Positions 12,645-23,361 of a stretch of 64,000 nucleotides of DNA are shown one piece after another. The stretch comes from Callorhinchus milii. Its lineage: Eukaryota. The stretch covers positions 22,074,001 to 22,138,000 of the forward strand of contig NW_024704742.1 of assembly GCF_018977255.1 (NCBI RefSeq), written 5' to 3'. Below the pieces are notes generated by a model, which was given only the letters and a program-made list of their open reading frames with translations, made no database searches and had not been told where the DNA came from. Each line of letters starts with the position of its first letter. The stretch's first letter is position 1. A program made the translations under genes and the position numbers.

Positions 12645-12905
12645 TTGATAGATTAGATGTTTGGGCAGGAGTATGGCAGATACAGTTCAGGGAAGCCAAA
12701 TGTGAAGCAATGTACTTTTGTTGCAAAAATAACAGTTGAAAGTATGAGTTCAGTGGAAGTTTGTCATAAGTTGAGATGATGAACAAAAGGACTTAGGTTT
12801 GCTGATAAACAAGCCAGTAAATTGGTTAGGTGCAAAGAGCTATTACAAGACTTTTGGGATGCTGGGATTAACAATAAGAGGTATGGAATACAACTACACG
12901 GAGTA
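12645..12905 (+). mobile_element. CR1 LINE ORF2 3' fragment (degenerate)
   Basis: Pieces translate to DRLDVWAGVWQIQFREAKCEAMYF and GMLGLTIRGMEY, matching the typical CR1 WQMxFNxxKCxVMHF and GMLGFIxRGIEY motifs. Confidence 0.7.
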
Positions 12906-12983
12906 GAGATTTGAAGCAATGGTCCAGTAGTTTCTGTATTTTAATATGCTTTTGGTCTATATTTCTGACCGGTCTCTTAAAAG

Positions 12984-13206
12984 GGTGCGTTCAAAGTGCT
13001 GAGAAGCCGTGTGGTTCTCCTGGGCTGGGTTTTGATTGCCCTTCGTTTGGTCTCGAACACAGCTGGATTTTCTCATGGCGCAAGTCCTGCTGCTTGTGTC
13101 ACGATGAAACCAAAACACATCAGTGCTCAACCCCAGGACTCAAGCAGCAGCTATATTACAGTCTACACCAACAAATCTTCCTACCTGCCTGGGGACAAAG
13201 TGCCAG
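12984..13206 (+). CDS. REELD1: Reeler domain-containing protein 1, first visible coding exon (signal peptide and start of reeler domain); 5' boundary uncertain
   Basis: Encodes ...VLRSRVVLLGWVLIALRLVSNTAGFSHGASPAACVTMKPKHISAQPQ...SYLPGDKVP; donor CAG|GTAAGC, phase 1. In-frame TAA at 12978-12980, then AAG| candidate acceptor. Confidence 0.85.
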
Positions 13207-13367
13207 GTAAGCAAAGACCTTCACCTGTCTATAGTGACAGAGCGCATGTTGCAATCTGCCAATACAGGCACCTAGTGCAACCAGCATGGCAAACTAAAGT
13301 ATTGTGATGTTTCTGTATTAATGGATGGAGTTAATGGATTCTCATGGATTTAACTATTAATCGACAA

Positions 13368-13476
13368 AGCTGCAATGAGAGACTATGAAAACTGGAGTTA
13401 TTTTCATTGGAGCTCGGGCGGCTGAGGGTCGATCTAATCTACTCCTGTCCTGTTGGTTGAAGTATAAATGATTCTT
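13368..13476 (+). mobile_element. CR1 LINE ORF2 fragment (degenerate)
   Basis: Reads SCNERL*KLELFSLELGRLRVDLI, matching the CR1 SYEERLxxLGLFSLExRRLRGDLI motif. Confidence 0.7.
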
Positions 13477-15216
13477 ATACAGGATTTGTACTTAATTTGA
13501 TCTATTAGTTAGCATGAATTGCAAATCCCCCCTCAAGAGCTCAGTGGCTATATAAACCAGAAGGTTGCAAATTAAAATCCCAGTCTGTGCTCAGTAGGTA
13601 ATCTCTGCCAGAGCAGCAATTGGGGGAGTAATGTTGGTGTCAGTGTCCCTGGGTTAGAGAGGGAAAAATTAGATGGATTTTCTAGCGACTCTGCTTGAAA
13701 GTGTGCGTTTGCGGGTGTTAGGTAAGGATGGGATCAGCTACGATAACCCCACAGTCACATAGATGCTATCAGTCATTTGAATACCATAGGTTCAAGCTGC
13801 TGTAATGCTGATTTTTGGCCATTAGATGTAGCTGGTGGCTTCACAAACTATAAATTGCAGCATTTGATCAAGGCATGCGAGGAAGATGGTTTTCATTAAA
13901 AGGTATTTCAGAACACCTATCTCCACTGACTGAGAGAAGAGCAGCAGTTATTCTCAAACCACTACAGAATAAGACAGTCCAGAAAACTGCCTACTGAATG
14001 TAATGTGGATTTTCTCATGGCGCAAGTCCTGCTGCATCGTGGTTTTGAAGCCAACAGGATTTCAGGGATGATTTGAGGCGCAACAACACATTTGAATGAC
14101 GGGATTTTGGATTCATTTATTTTTGATCAGCAGGGTGTCTGACACATATGGAAAGCCATCACCATGCTTAAAAGTATTCAGTCACAAGTTGGTCATCTGA
14201 CAAGGGCAGGTTTGAGCCCTCACTAGGGGGATGGCAGATACCAGGAACTGTCTGCGAGCTGTCTCGTGAGCACCACAGTTCATCACACAATATCTGGGAC
14301 CATTGCCACCATCCTCCTGTTGAGACACAGTATGCTGTCAAGCAACACATACTTAACTATTTCTGTATAATCCTGTTTCTAACATCAATCAGTGACTTAT
14401 CCTCTGGTTTATGTAATCCACAACACTTAATTGTGTATTATTTTATATGTAAATCCCTGAGTGTCCAGTGCTTTGGGATGTCCTCCAGACATGAAAGCTG
14501 CTATACAAATATAATTTGTTGTTGATGTTGGTGTAATACAAAATAACATACAATTTTCTGGGCCTCTGGATGCCACCCTGCGTGAGAGGCCTTATGTAAA
14601 TGCAAGTTGTAGGTGGGAAAAGGCAGAGCAGGTCACCATTTACCAAGAGGAGCAAACAGAGAAAGAATGATGTTTGGAGAAAAGAGTACTGTCTAAAGTA
14701 TTTCTTTATTGATGAGCGAGGTTAGGCCCGTTCACCCTTTAAACTGAATTAGACCAAAACTTGTTTCTCAAGGGAACGAGGGTTGGTACCTGCAGACAAT
14801 CCTTCCCCCCCACCCCATCCCCCAAACTCTCCAGGCCCCACATTGTCAAAGGACAATGCGGATCTGATATCTGTCTTCACGACCACCCAAGCAAGTCAGG
14901 TAAACTCTAGCTGAGCCTGGTGACCAAGCGTTCAAGCTGGCTCCGTATTACAGTACCTCCACTTCCTCTTTGTGAGGGCAAATCAAACCAACCAGTGGGC
15001 CAAACAGCTACCTCAAGCCCTCCGTTATGCCCCTGTTCGGATCACACATGAAGACTTTCCTCTTCAATAGTGCCTATGGTCACCTCCCCTCTTTCCTGCT
15101 TCCTACCAGGAGCTCAGTCCTCCTATAATGCATTATGGGGAGATTCGGTCATGGGGCTGTATACACAAGCCGATCACATAAGGAGAGCTTTTTAGCAGGA
15201 GCAAATTGCAAAGAGT

Positions 15217-15265
15217 AACTGATAAGAACAGATACTGCATTTGATCTTAGCCAAAAGGCAGAGAA
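15217..15265 (-). pseudogene. RNU2: 3'-truncated U2 snRNA fragment (about U2 nt 6-54)
   Basis: Reverse complement TTCTCTGCCTTTTGGCTAAGATCAAATGCAGTATCTGTTCTTATCAGTT matches the vertebrate U2 5' end, as I recall it, at 46 of 49 positions. Confidence 0.9.
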
Positions 15266-15359
15266 ATGGACATCTAAAATATTATGCACCTAGTATATAC
15301 GATCAACTCCAGCACTGACAGAGAGCAGAAAGACAGTCTGATCACTCCTAAAATTGTAA

Positions 15360-15602
<243 letters not shown>

Positions 15603-15919
15603 TAAGCATTGCCTAGGTCGATCATTGAATATGGTTATGCAAAATCTGCAGCTAACAATATGAAAGTAACAGGAACAGGGCTTACCTCTGATGCTTTGGG
15701 AAAATTGAATTTATTCTATCTTCTCTTCATTGCTGTTTTCCATCTTCCAAATTAAGATTATACAATAATAATAATCCTTGGTTTTGATTTGGTACGATAT
15801 CATGCCATTGAAACATTTCAAAGCATTTCACAGTATTTTACTGTGTGTATAGGCAGCAGTGAATTTGAACGCAGCAATGTTCCATAAAGAGCCATGAAGA
15901 TGAAAATAAAACTTTTTGT

Positions 15920-16239
15920 GGAGTCCTGTAGCTCAGTGGTTAGAGCACTCGCTTTGCAAGTGAGAGACCTGGGTTCAATTCCAGACAGGGCAAAACCTTG
16001 GGCGAGTTTCCTTACTCCACACGCCTAATAATAATCCCTCCAAAAACAATAATAAATTGGTCATTTTCAATCTACGACTGTTTGTGGGACATTGCTGTTC
16101 GCAATTGGCTGCCGCGTTCGCCCACAAATATACAGTCAATTCACTTTACAGTGTGTTCTGTGAAGCGCTTTGAGACGTTCTCCTGACGTGAAAAGCGCTA
16201 TATCAAATGCAAGGATTATTATTATTATTATTATTATTA
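15920..16239 (+). mobile_element. Young tRNA-derived SINE, short variant
   Basis: GGAGTCCTGTAGCTCAGTGGTTAGAGC head, GGTTCAATTCC B box, Deu-like core, long (ATT)n tail. Confidence 0.9.
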
Positions 16240-16671
16240 TCTGGGGCAATCCAGGAGAAACTGCGTTCTCTTTTCAAATAGTAGCATGATGATCTTTAAC
16301 AGATAGGCAGACAGGAACTCGGTTGAACATCTCATCCAAATAACAGCATTTCCAACAATGGAGGCTCCTGGCTATGTCAGACTGGGCTATGAGGTTAAAT
16401 TGTGGATGAGGGAGGTAGTGTTTGAACCCACAAATTCCTGCCTCATTGGCAAGAGTGCTACAAACTGAGCCTGGCTGATAGTGGCTTGAATTTAAGAATT
16501 TGTGAAAACTACATAATCTTAAAAATTAAAAAAAAGTTCTTAAGGCTAAACCATGGGAAATTTCAGGCCATTTAGTGTGACCCTTCTTGTTATTGACAAG
16601 CAGCTCTGTGGGTACAGTAGGCCATTATGTGCCTTTGCTGCGCAACATCAGATGGAATAGCTAAACTGTAT

Positions 16672-16989
16672 GATAATAATAAATAATAATCCTTGCATTT
16701 GAAATAGCACTTTTCATATCTTCGAGACGTCTCAAAGCGCTTCACAGGATATACTGTAAAGTGAATTGACTTTATATTTGTGGGCGAAATGCGGCAGCCA
16801 ATTGCGCACAGCAATGTCCCACAGAAAGTCGTGGATTGAATGACTAAATCGTTATTGTTTTTTTCTTGAGGGATTATTATCAGGCATGCCGAAGTAAGGA
16901 AACTTGCCCAAGATTTCACCCTGCCGGGAACCAAACCCAGGTCTCTCGATTGCGAGGCGAGTGCTCTAATCACTGAGCTAAAGGACTCC
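16672..16989 (-). mobile_element. tRNA-derived SINE, short variant, inverted relative to the 15920 copy
   Basis: Reverse complement of the same family: (AAT)n at the left end, CTGAGCTAAAGGACTCC head at the right end. Confidence 0.9.
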
Positions 16990-17245
16990 AAAGGCCCTGT
17001 AGCTCAGTGGCGCAGTGTGATACAACTGAAGAGGTGTTAAATCTATTATCTTTTGTATCACATCATTTCATTTTAGTGCAGCTCACTTCAGATTCCAGTG
17101 CAGTTACATAGTCATATTACAGTTACTGGTGGAACTCATTCACAGACAATTTGCCCTCTGGATAAGTCGAAAGGCACCGAAAAAGGTTGCATCACGTTCC
17201 AATCAATGACTCAATAATATACTTTTGTGTCTCACATAACCCCAG

Positions 17246-17409
17246 TGTTTCAGCAGTACAGTCGTACTTCATTTACTGGGCTAGAATCAAGTCTAGCATT
17301 ATATTCGACCAAACACAAAGCAATCCCGTATCTGAACTGAAGGAACTGAAGAAAATGGCCCTGGCTTCTCAACGCAACAGTACGGCACAGAATCTTCCCT
17401 TAACCGAAG
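17246..17409 (+). CDS. REELD1: REELD1 coding exon (end of reeler domain and start of linker)
   Basis: Acceptor CCCCAG|; phase matches the previous exon; encodes FVSAVQSYFIYWARIKSSIIFDQ...NLPLTE; donor AAG|GTATAG, phase 1. Confidence 0.88.
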
Positions 17410-18634
17410 GTATAGTGCTTCACTTTTTTGATTATTCTCTTGTTCCTTTACTAAAAATAGTTCTAACTGGGTTACAAATGCATTGCACACTTTATCGTCA
17501 ATTCAAGCAGCAAAAAGTTTACAGCAAATTCCTCCAGCACAATTACTGCCCTAACTTCATTTACTGATGGCCAAAAGTTTTTGGAAGATGTTATAATGAA
17601 GCAGAATTCTTCCCCTTTCCTCCAGTCAGTTCTGACAGGTGTCAAATGTAGCCCTTTGGCTCCAAATCACTCAGAGTTCTGATCCTGGGGTCAAATATGT
17701 GCCAGATGTGTGAGTTCTTTAACGGTTCCTTAACTAGGAAACCAAGTGGAGGCTCCCTTTGGTAACCGGATAGATGTCCCACAGACCTATGAGAACTCCG
17801 CTCCGATAGTAAAATTTATTGGAGTTCCTACGTGCACTTCCATGTTCCTCCTAAGGAATCCCATTGGACCCCACTAAATAAACTCAGAGGCATCTACTTA
17901 AATAGAAGCATTACAAATGAGCGAAAATGCACACAATGAGTAGATTTTAGGACATTACCTCTTCTTTATCTGGTCCGGTTCAACAACCTCCATCTGATCA
18001 ACCTGTGAGACTGTTGGACAGAAGTTTTGATTATGATTGTTTCGTGCCTCTCCTTTTAACTCGGTCAACACTGATTTGTAATATTTATACAGTGGTGAAT
18101 AATATAGCAACCCTTCCCACCACTCTTGCAATATATGGCCACATACGACCCAGCTCTCACGCATGAGGTGCAGAATGACACAGTTATCTACACAGCCGCA
18201 ACCTCGACTCAGGGCAGCAATTTCATCCCATAAAACTCTAATGGAAAATACGCAACTAGATAACGTTCAGAAGTCAAATTCAAAATGGTGCATACTTTAT
18301 TCAAAAGTTAGTCTGAAATATTTCAAGGTTTAAAGAGCAATTACAACTCCTTAGTCTGCAGGCCAACTTCCTATAGATAGATAGGAGAAAAGATAAAAAA
18401 AATGGAATTAATAGACTATCCATAATCTAATAGAATGGTAGAATAAATTGGATGGGATGAAAGGTTTGCTACTGTTTCCATATGCCTCCAGTTTCCTCAG
18501 ACTTCACTGCAGCCCTTCTACTCTCTTCCCCCCACCCCCTCCCTCATATTAACTATTTATTCTCTTTGCAGTCAGGTATCTGTTCAGAATATCTATTCAG
18601 AGGGTATCTCCCAACTACCTGTTACAGCAGGTAT

Positions 18635-20634
18635 CAACAACAACAAGATTCCATTTATAAAGCGCCTTTCACGTCAGGAGGACGTCCCAAGGCGCTGCAC
18701 AGTTGGGTCAGGACCCGAGCATGGGGAGGGTGAGGGGAGGGAAGGGAGGGAGCGAGGAGGGGGGAAATGGTCAGGGTGAGGAAAGGGAGGGAGCGAGGAG
18801 GGGGGAAATGGTCAGGGTGAGGGGAGGGAAGGGAGGGAGCGAGGAGGGGGAAGAGAGTCGAGAGGGGAGCTGAAGGCTCGGTCAAAGAGAAAGGTTTTGA
18901 GACCGGCCTTGAAGGAGGAAAGGGAGGAGGCGGCGAAGGCACTGGGGGATGGAGTTCCAGAGCCTCAGGGCTGAGAGGCTGAAGGCCCGACCACCGATGG
19001 TAGGGCGGTTGGGGCGGGGGACGTGGAGCAGACCGGAGCCGGAGGAACGGAGGGTACGGGCAGGTAGGTAGGGGGATAGTAGGTTGGAGAGGTAGGAGGG
19101 AGCAAGGCCGTGAATGGCCTTGTAGGTGAGGATGAGGATCTTGAAATCAATCCTCTGGGGGATGGAGGCGAGCGAGGGTGGGAGTGATGTGGTCCCGAAG
19201 CCTGGTGCGGGACAGTACACGAGCTGCAGCTTGTGGAGGGAGGTGGCGGGAAGGCCGGCGAGGAGAGAGTTCCCATAGTCCAGCCTTGAGGTGACAAAGG
19301 CGTGGACCAGGGTTTTAGCAGCGTGAGGGGTGAGGTAATGCCGTAGTCTGGCGATGTTCCGGAGGTGATGGAAGGCGGTGCCAGTTGTGGTGCGGATGTG
19401 AGGGAGAAAGGACAGCTCAGGGTCGAACAAAACGCCGAGGTTCCTGACTGGCTTTGAGAGGTGGAGAGTGCAGCCTTGGATGCTGATGGTGTCAGCGCCT
19501 GAGGTGCGGAGGCGCTGACATGAGCCAATCAGGAGGGTTCTTCGCACGTTTTTCGCACGTTGAGCTGAAGAAAGTTGTCTCTCGTCCAAGACTCGATGTC
19601 GGACAGGCAGCTGTCAGGACATCGGTGGTCGTGGAGTTGAGAGTAGAGGAGGAAAGGTAGAGTTGGGTGTCATCCGCATACATGTGGAAGTTAACCCATG
19701 TCTGCGGATGATGTCACCAAGGGGGAGCATATAGAGGGTGAAGAGGAGGGGACCGAGGACAGAGCCCTGAGGGACACCACATGAGACAGTGTGGGGGGTG
19801 GAGGAGAAGCCATTTGTAGAGACAAAGTGAAGACGGTGAGAAAGGTACGACCTAAACCACTCAAGGACAGTGCCTTGAAGGTTGAGGTGGGAGGACAAGC
19901 GGTGGAGTAGGATAGCGTGGTCGACCGTATCGAATGCTGCCGATAGGTCGAGGAGGACGAGGGAGCCCTGGTCACAGATGGTCAGGATATCATTGGTGAC
20001 CTTGACCAGGGCAGTTTCTGTGCTATGGGCAGCACGGAAACCTGACTGAAGGGGTTCGAAGAGTGAATGGGTGGAAAGGAAAGAGCGCAGTTGGGAGGCG
20101 ACAACTCTTTCCAGGACCTTGGAGAGAAAGGGGAGGTTGGAGATGGGCCGGTAGCTTGATAGCTGCGACGCATCAAGGGAGGGTTTTTTCAGGGTGGGCG
20201 TGATGGTGGCAGTTTTTAAGGGAATGGGGACAGAGCCAGAGGAGAGGGACAGGTTGACGATGTCGGTGATATGTGGGGCAAGAAAATGGAGCTGGGAGAT
20301 AAGGAGTGGAGTGGGGATGGGGTCAAGGGAGCAGGTGGTTGGTTTCAGGGATAGGATGAGTTTGGTGACAGAGAGTGGGGAAATGGGTACAAAAGTGAGT
20401 AGGGGAGGATGGGTAGCAGTCGGAGTGTGGGAGTGAGGGGGTAGAGGGTTGGTGGATGTTGGAGGGGAAGTGACCGTGGAGCGAATTCCCTTGATCTTGG
20501 ATTCAAGGAAATCCAGCATCTCCTCGCAGTGAAGGTTGGAGGAGATGACCTGCGCGGGGTGGCGGGGGGGACGGAGGAGTCGGGTTGTGGTGGAAAACAG
20601 TAGCCTTAGGTTGTTCTTCGCCTCCAGGATTATC
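18635..20634 (-). mobile_element. 5'-truncated L2-clade LINE (about 2 kb) with frameshifted reverse transcriptase
   Basis: ORFs 19614-20636, 19492-19683 and 18882-19589 carry [61 protein letters not shown] and SRLDYGNSLL; (TTG)n tail at 18635; tandem duplications in the 3' UTR at about 18730-18850. Confidence 0.95.
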
Positions 20635-20733
20635 ACCCTACCACCTACTATGAAATGTTATGAAATACTGCAACATGTCACTCCATAGAGTATTAAATGA
20701 ACGCATTTGTTCTTTCTGTTGCTTTCCTTGAAG

Positions 20734-21046
20734 CATCCACTTTATTGCCCCTGACGGTGGCAGATCACCCAGCGATTACCCAGACTGGAGAGTTATCAGG
20801 TGATGTCTTATACACTCAATTCATCAGCACAGACCAATTCCTCAAGCCACTCACTTCTAAAGCAGAGCATGAGGTGCCTGTGCGTATAGAAGACCACAGC
20901 GCTGTAAATAAGCAAGCAAGCTCACTTCTGGATCAGGACACGGAACTTCTGGAACCATCTCTAAAATCCATTGACAGAGAGCATCTTGTTCAGCCGATGG
21001 AGAACACTATTCTACTGAAAACCACAGAATTTAGAACAATGCACAG
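20734..21046 (+). CDS. REELD1: REELD1 coding exon (Ser/Thr-rich stalk)
   Basis: Polypyrimidine acceptor TTTCTGTTGCTTTCCTTGAAG|; open in the required phase (ASTLLPLTVADHP...EFRTMH); donor AG|GTAAAC, phase 2. Confidence 0.75.
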
Positions 21047-21967
21047 GTAAACCACCTTGTAATAATTTTCCAAAATGCAAACAGTGAATATTTTTTATTG
21101 TATCTTTAGGAAGACACGTTAAAAGTGAAGTTCTCATTTGACAGTAATTAATACCCTCCTGGGACCCTGGGCTACACAAAGTGTCGAAATTGAGCTAATT
21201 CGCTGAGGTGGTGTCAGCAGTATTGGTTCTGTTCCTGAACCAGGCGAGTCCACAATACTCCAAGGCACTGCTGATGATAGTCCAGCCAACTTAGCTCATC
21301 GGCTGTGCTCGAAAAGACAGATCAGCCCGGGAGCAGAAATTCTGCCCATCATGACTCCCGTTAGCCCTACTAACCAAAGACCTAACAGATAGTGTAGCTC
21401 TAGCTGGACAAGCATCCGGAGGCTTTCCATAAACAAAAAATGACAATAATTACCTGTGAAGTGCGTTGAGGCATTTTGTTACAATAAAGCACTTTAAAAC
21501 TGCAAGTTCTTTCTTTCTACAGTTAGACGTCCATTAGTACGCAGTGGCTGAGGGCCGTAAAAACAGATTCCATGTTAGAATGGGCCAGTGCTGGGTGTGT
21601 GGTCGAGTCACCAACAACAGCACCGCTGAGGTCACTAAACTGTGGCACATGCATGCTGGCCAATTGGGTATGATGGTATAATGGGCTTGGACCATAGAAC
21701 TATGACTTATAAAACGTCAGGGGCTTGTTTTTCTTTCAGAATCTTTATTTACAAGAATATAAAGCAAACCTCTCATCCCCATCAATAGCTTACTCTGAGG
21801 GAAGTGGCTCCCAATAGTAAAATGTAGGATAAAACTATTTTCACATGCCGTAACCTTCCCCTTTAAAAGTATTGAAAAGCCTGAGTTCCCAATGTACAAA
21901 CTGCGTAGAAAATCTTTTTCTTGTTTGAATACCTGACTATTGACTTCATCCAATTTTACATTTATAG

Positions 21968-22031
21968 TGAGGATGTCCTGCTTAGTCACAGTGACTCTCT
22001 GTCGTGTGCAAGTTGCAGTGATATTTTACAA
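21968..22031 (+). CDS. REELD1: REELD1 small 64-nt coding exon with CxxC
   Basis: Acceptor TTTATAG|, donor CAA|GTAAGC; encodes SEDVLLSHSDSLSCASCSDILQ; converts phase 2 to phase 0, as needed to join the final exon. Confidence 0.72.
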
Positions 22032-22698
22032 GTAAGCAATTACAGTACTTAATTTTTACATTCGCGCGATGGGCTAAACATTAACTTCTAGTGTGCACAA
22101 CTCTTATCATCCCAACAAGTTGAAGTGTATAGTGTTCAAACATTTTCTCTTCAAGCTATTTGGTGAAATATTTCTGAAATTAAGTTCATTAATTCACTGA
22201 AGTTTGTGAATATTGTAAATATATACAGTAGTTTACACAAGTTAGCAGGAATGAATTGCTGAAAGAAGCTGTTTATGTTTGTGTTCAGTAATGGATGGCA
22301 AAGAATTAATACTTTGTAAAGTGAGTGACAATCACTTTAAAAAGAAAATGGATACCTGGGAATGAATAGAGAGCAGCAAATGTAGTAAGAGATTCAGATG
22401 ATGCCATGAACTACAAGAGTGCATCTTGAGTAAATCTGTAACAGTCATATAAACTCTTCCTTGTAACTCCCATAAATGTGGAGTTTATGGGAGGTACTTT
22501 CATGACATTTTGGCCCTTTTTTATTTGCTGGCCATAAGTCAAAGCAAATTGAAGGAGGTCAATGTGCTTTGTCTGTGTTGATCCACAACAGCAGCAAGAA
22601 TGAAGAGTGAATTTCCTAATCCAATCATTCCGAGTTTGCTTAGCGATAATCCACAATTCCTGGCAAATAACAGATATTCGCTGTTGTTCCATTTATAG

Positions 22699-23361
22699 GT
22701 GCATCCTTGGAACATTCCCACGTTTGCTAATCCAGGAGCTTCAGAGGCAGTTTCTTTGCCAGTAACAACTGGCCGAGGTTATCCTGTCTTTTGGAACACT
22801 TACTTCAGCGCTGTTGGGAAAACACAACTTTCGCCTGTGGTTACGCGAGATGCCAAAAGATCAGCAGCAACCAGTCTTCTGAGCTCAGGACAATTTCCTG
22901 ATCTAGAGAATATGCATCCAACACAAGCTGATAACCAGCTGGTATCATACCGGGCTTCAGCGAACTTTCTACACTTGGCGGAAAGTTCAGGTTCCAGCAC
23001 TGGTGTTGGCAAAGTGGTCAGAAACACATCCCTGGGGATGACGAGGCCAATACAGAAAGGTGACTCAGGTAAGGGAGGGAGTAATCCCACCAAAGGTGCA
23101 GAGCTAGGTATTCCACAGCTTGGGATCCTCCTTGGCTGTTCTGCTGCTCTCGGGATGGCTCTGGCAGTGGGGTTGCGTCAGCTTCTCTCCCAACACTGCC
23201 ATAAACGCACTGAGGTGTCCTTCCGAGACCCGGACAGCAACATCATCAGTGTGGCAGAGAACGGTGAGCTGGTGCACGTTAGAAAGATACGAGAAAACAG
23301 CTTTGTGTTAGTTCAGGCAGAATATAATGTGATCACGCCATCAAGTACCATTGGCAAGTAA
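22699..23361 (+). CDS. REELD1: REELD1 last coding exon (stalk, transmembrane helix, cytoplasmic tail)
   Basis: Acceptor ATTTATAG|; 220-codon ORF with hydrophobic LGIPQLGILLGCSAALGMALAVGL and tail GELVHVRKIRENSFVLVQAEYNVITP; TAA ends at 23361. Confidence 0.9.
   Translation: MHPWNIPTFANPGASEAVSLPVTTGRGYPVFWNTYFSAVGKTQLSPVVTRDAKRSAATSLLSSGQFPDLENMHPTQADNQLVSYRASANFLHLAESSGSSTGVGKVVRNTSLGMTRPIQKGDSGKGGSNPTKGAELGIPQLGILLGCSAALGMALAVGLRQLLSQHCHKRTEVSFRDPDSNIISVAENGELVHVRKIRENSFVLVQAEYNVITPSSTIGK

Noticed and set aside
15920..15995. tRNA-like sequences with A and B boxes (also at 652, 3178, 16915 and 60085)
   Set aside because: They are SINE heads continuing into SINE bodies, not stand-alone tRNA genes.
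19614..20636. 340-aa reverse transcriptase ORF as an active element or novel RT system
   Set aside because: Typical L2 RT, 5'-truncated, no endonuclease domain, and frameshifted just before the YADD motif.
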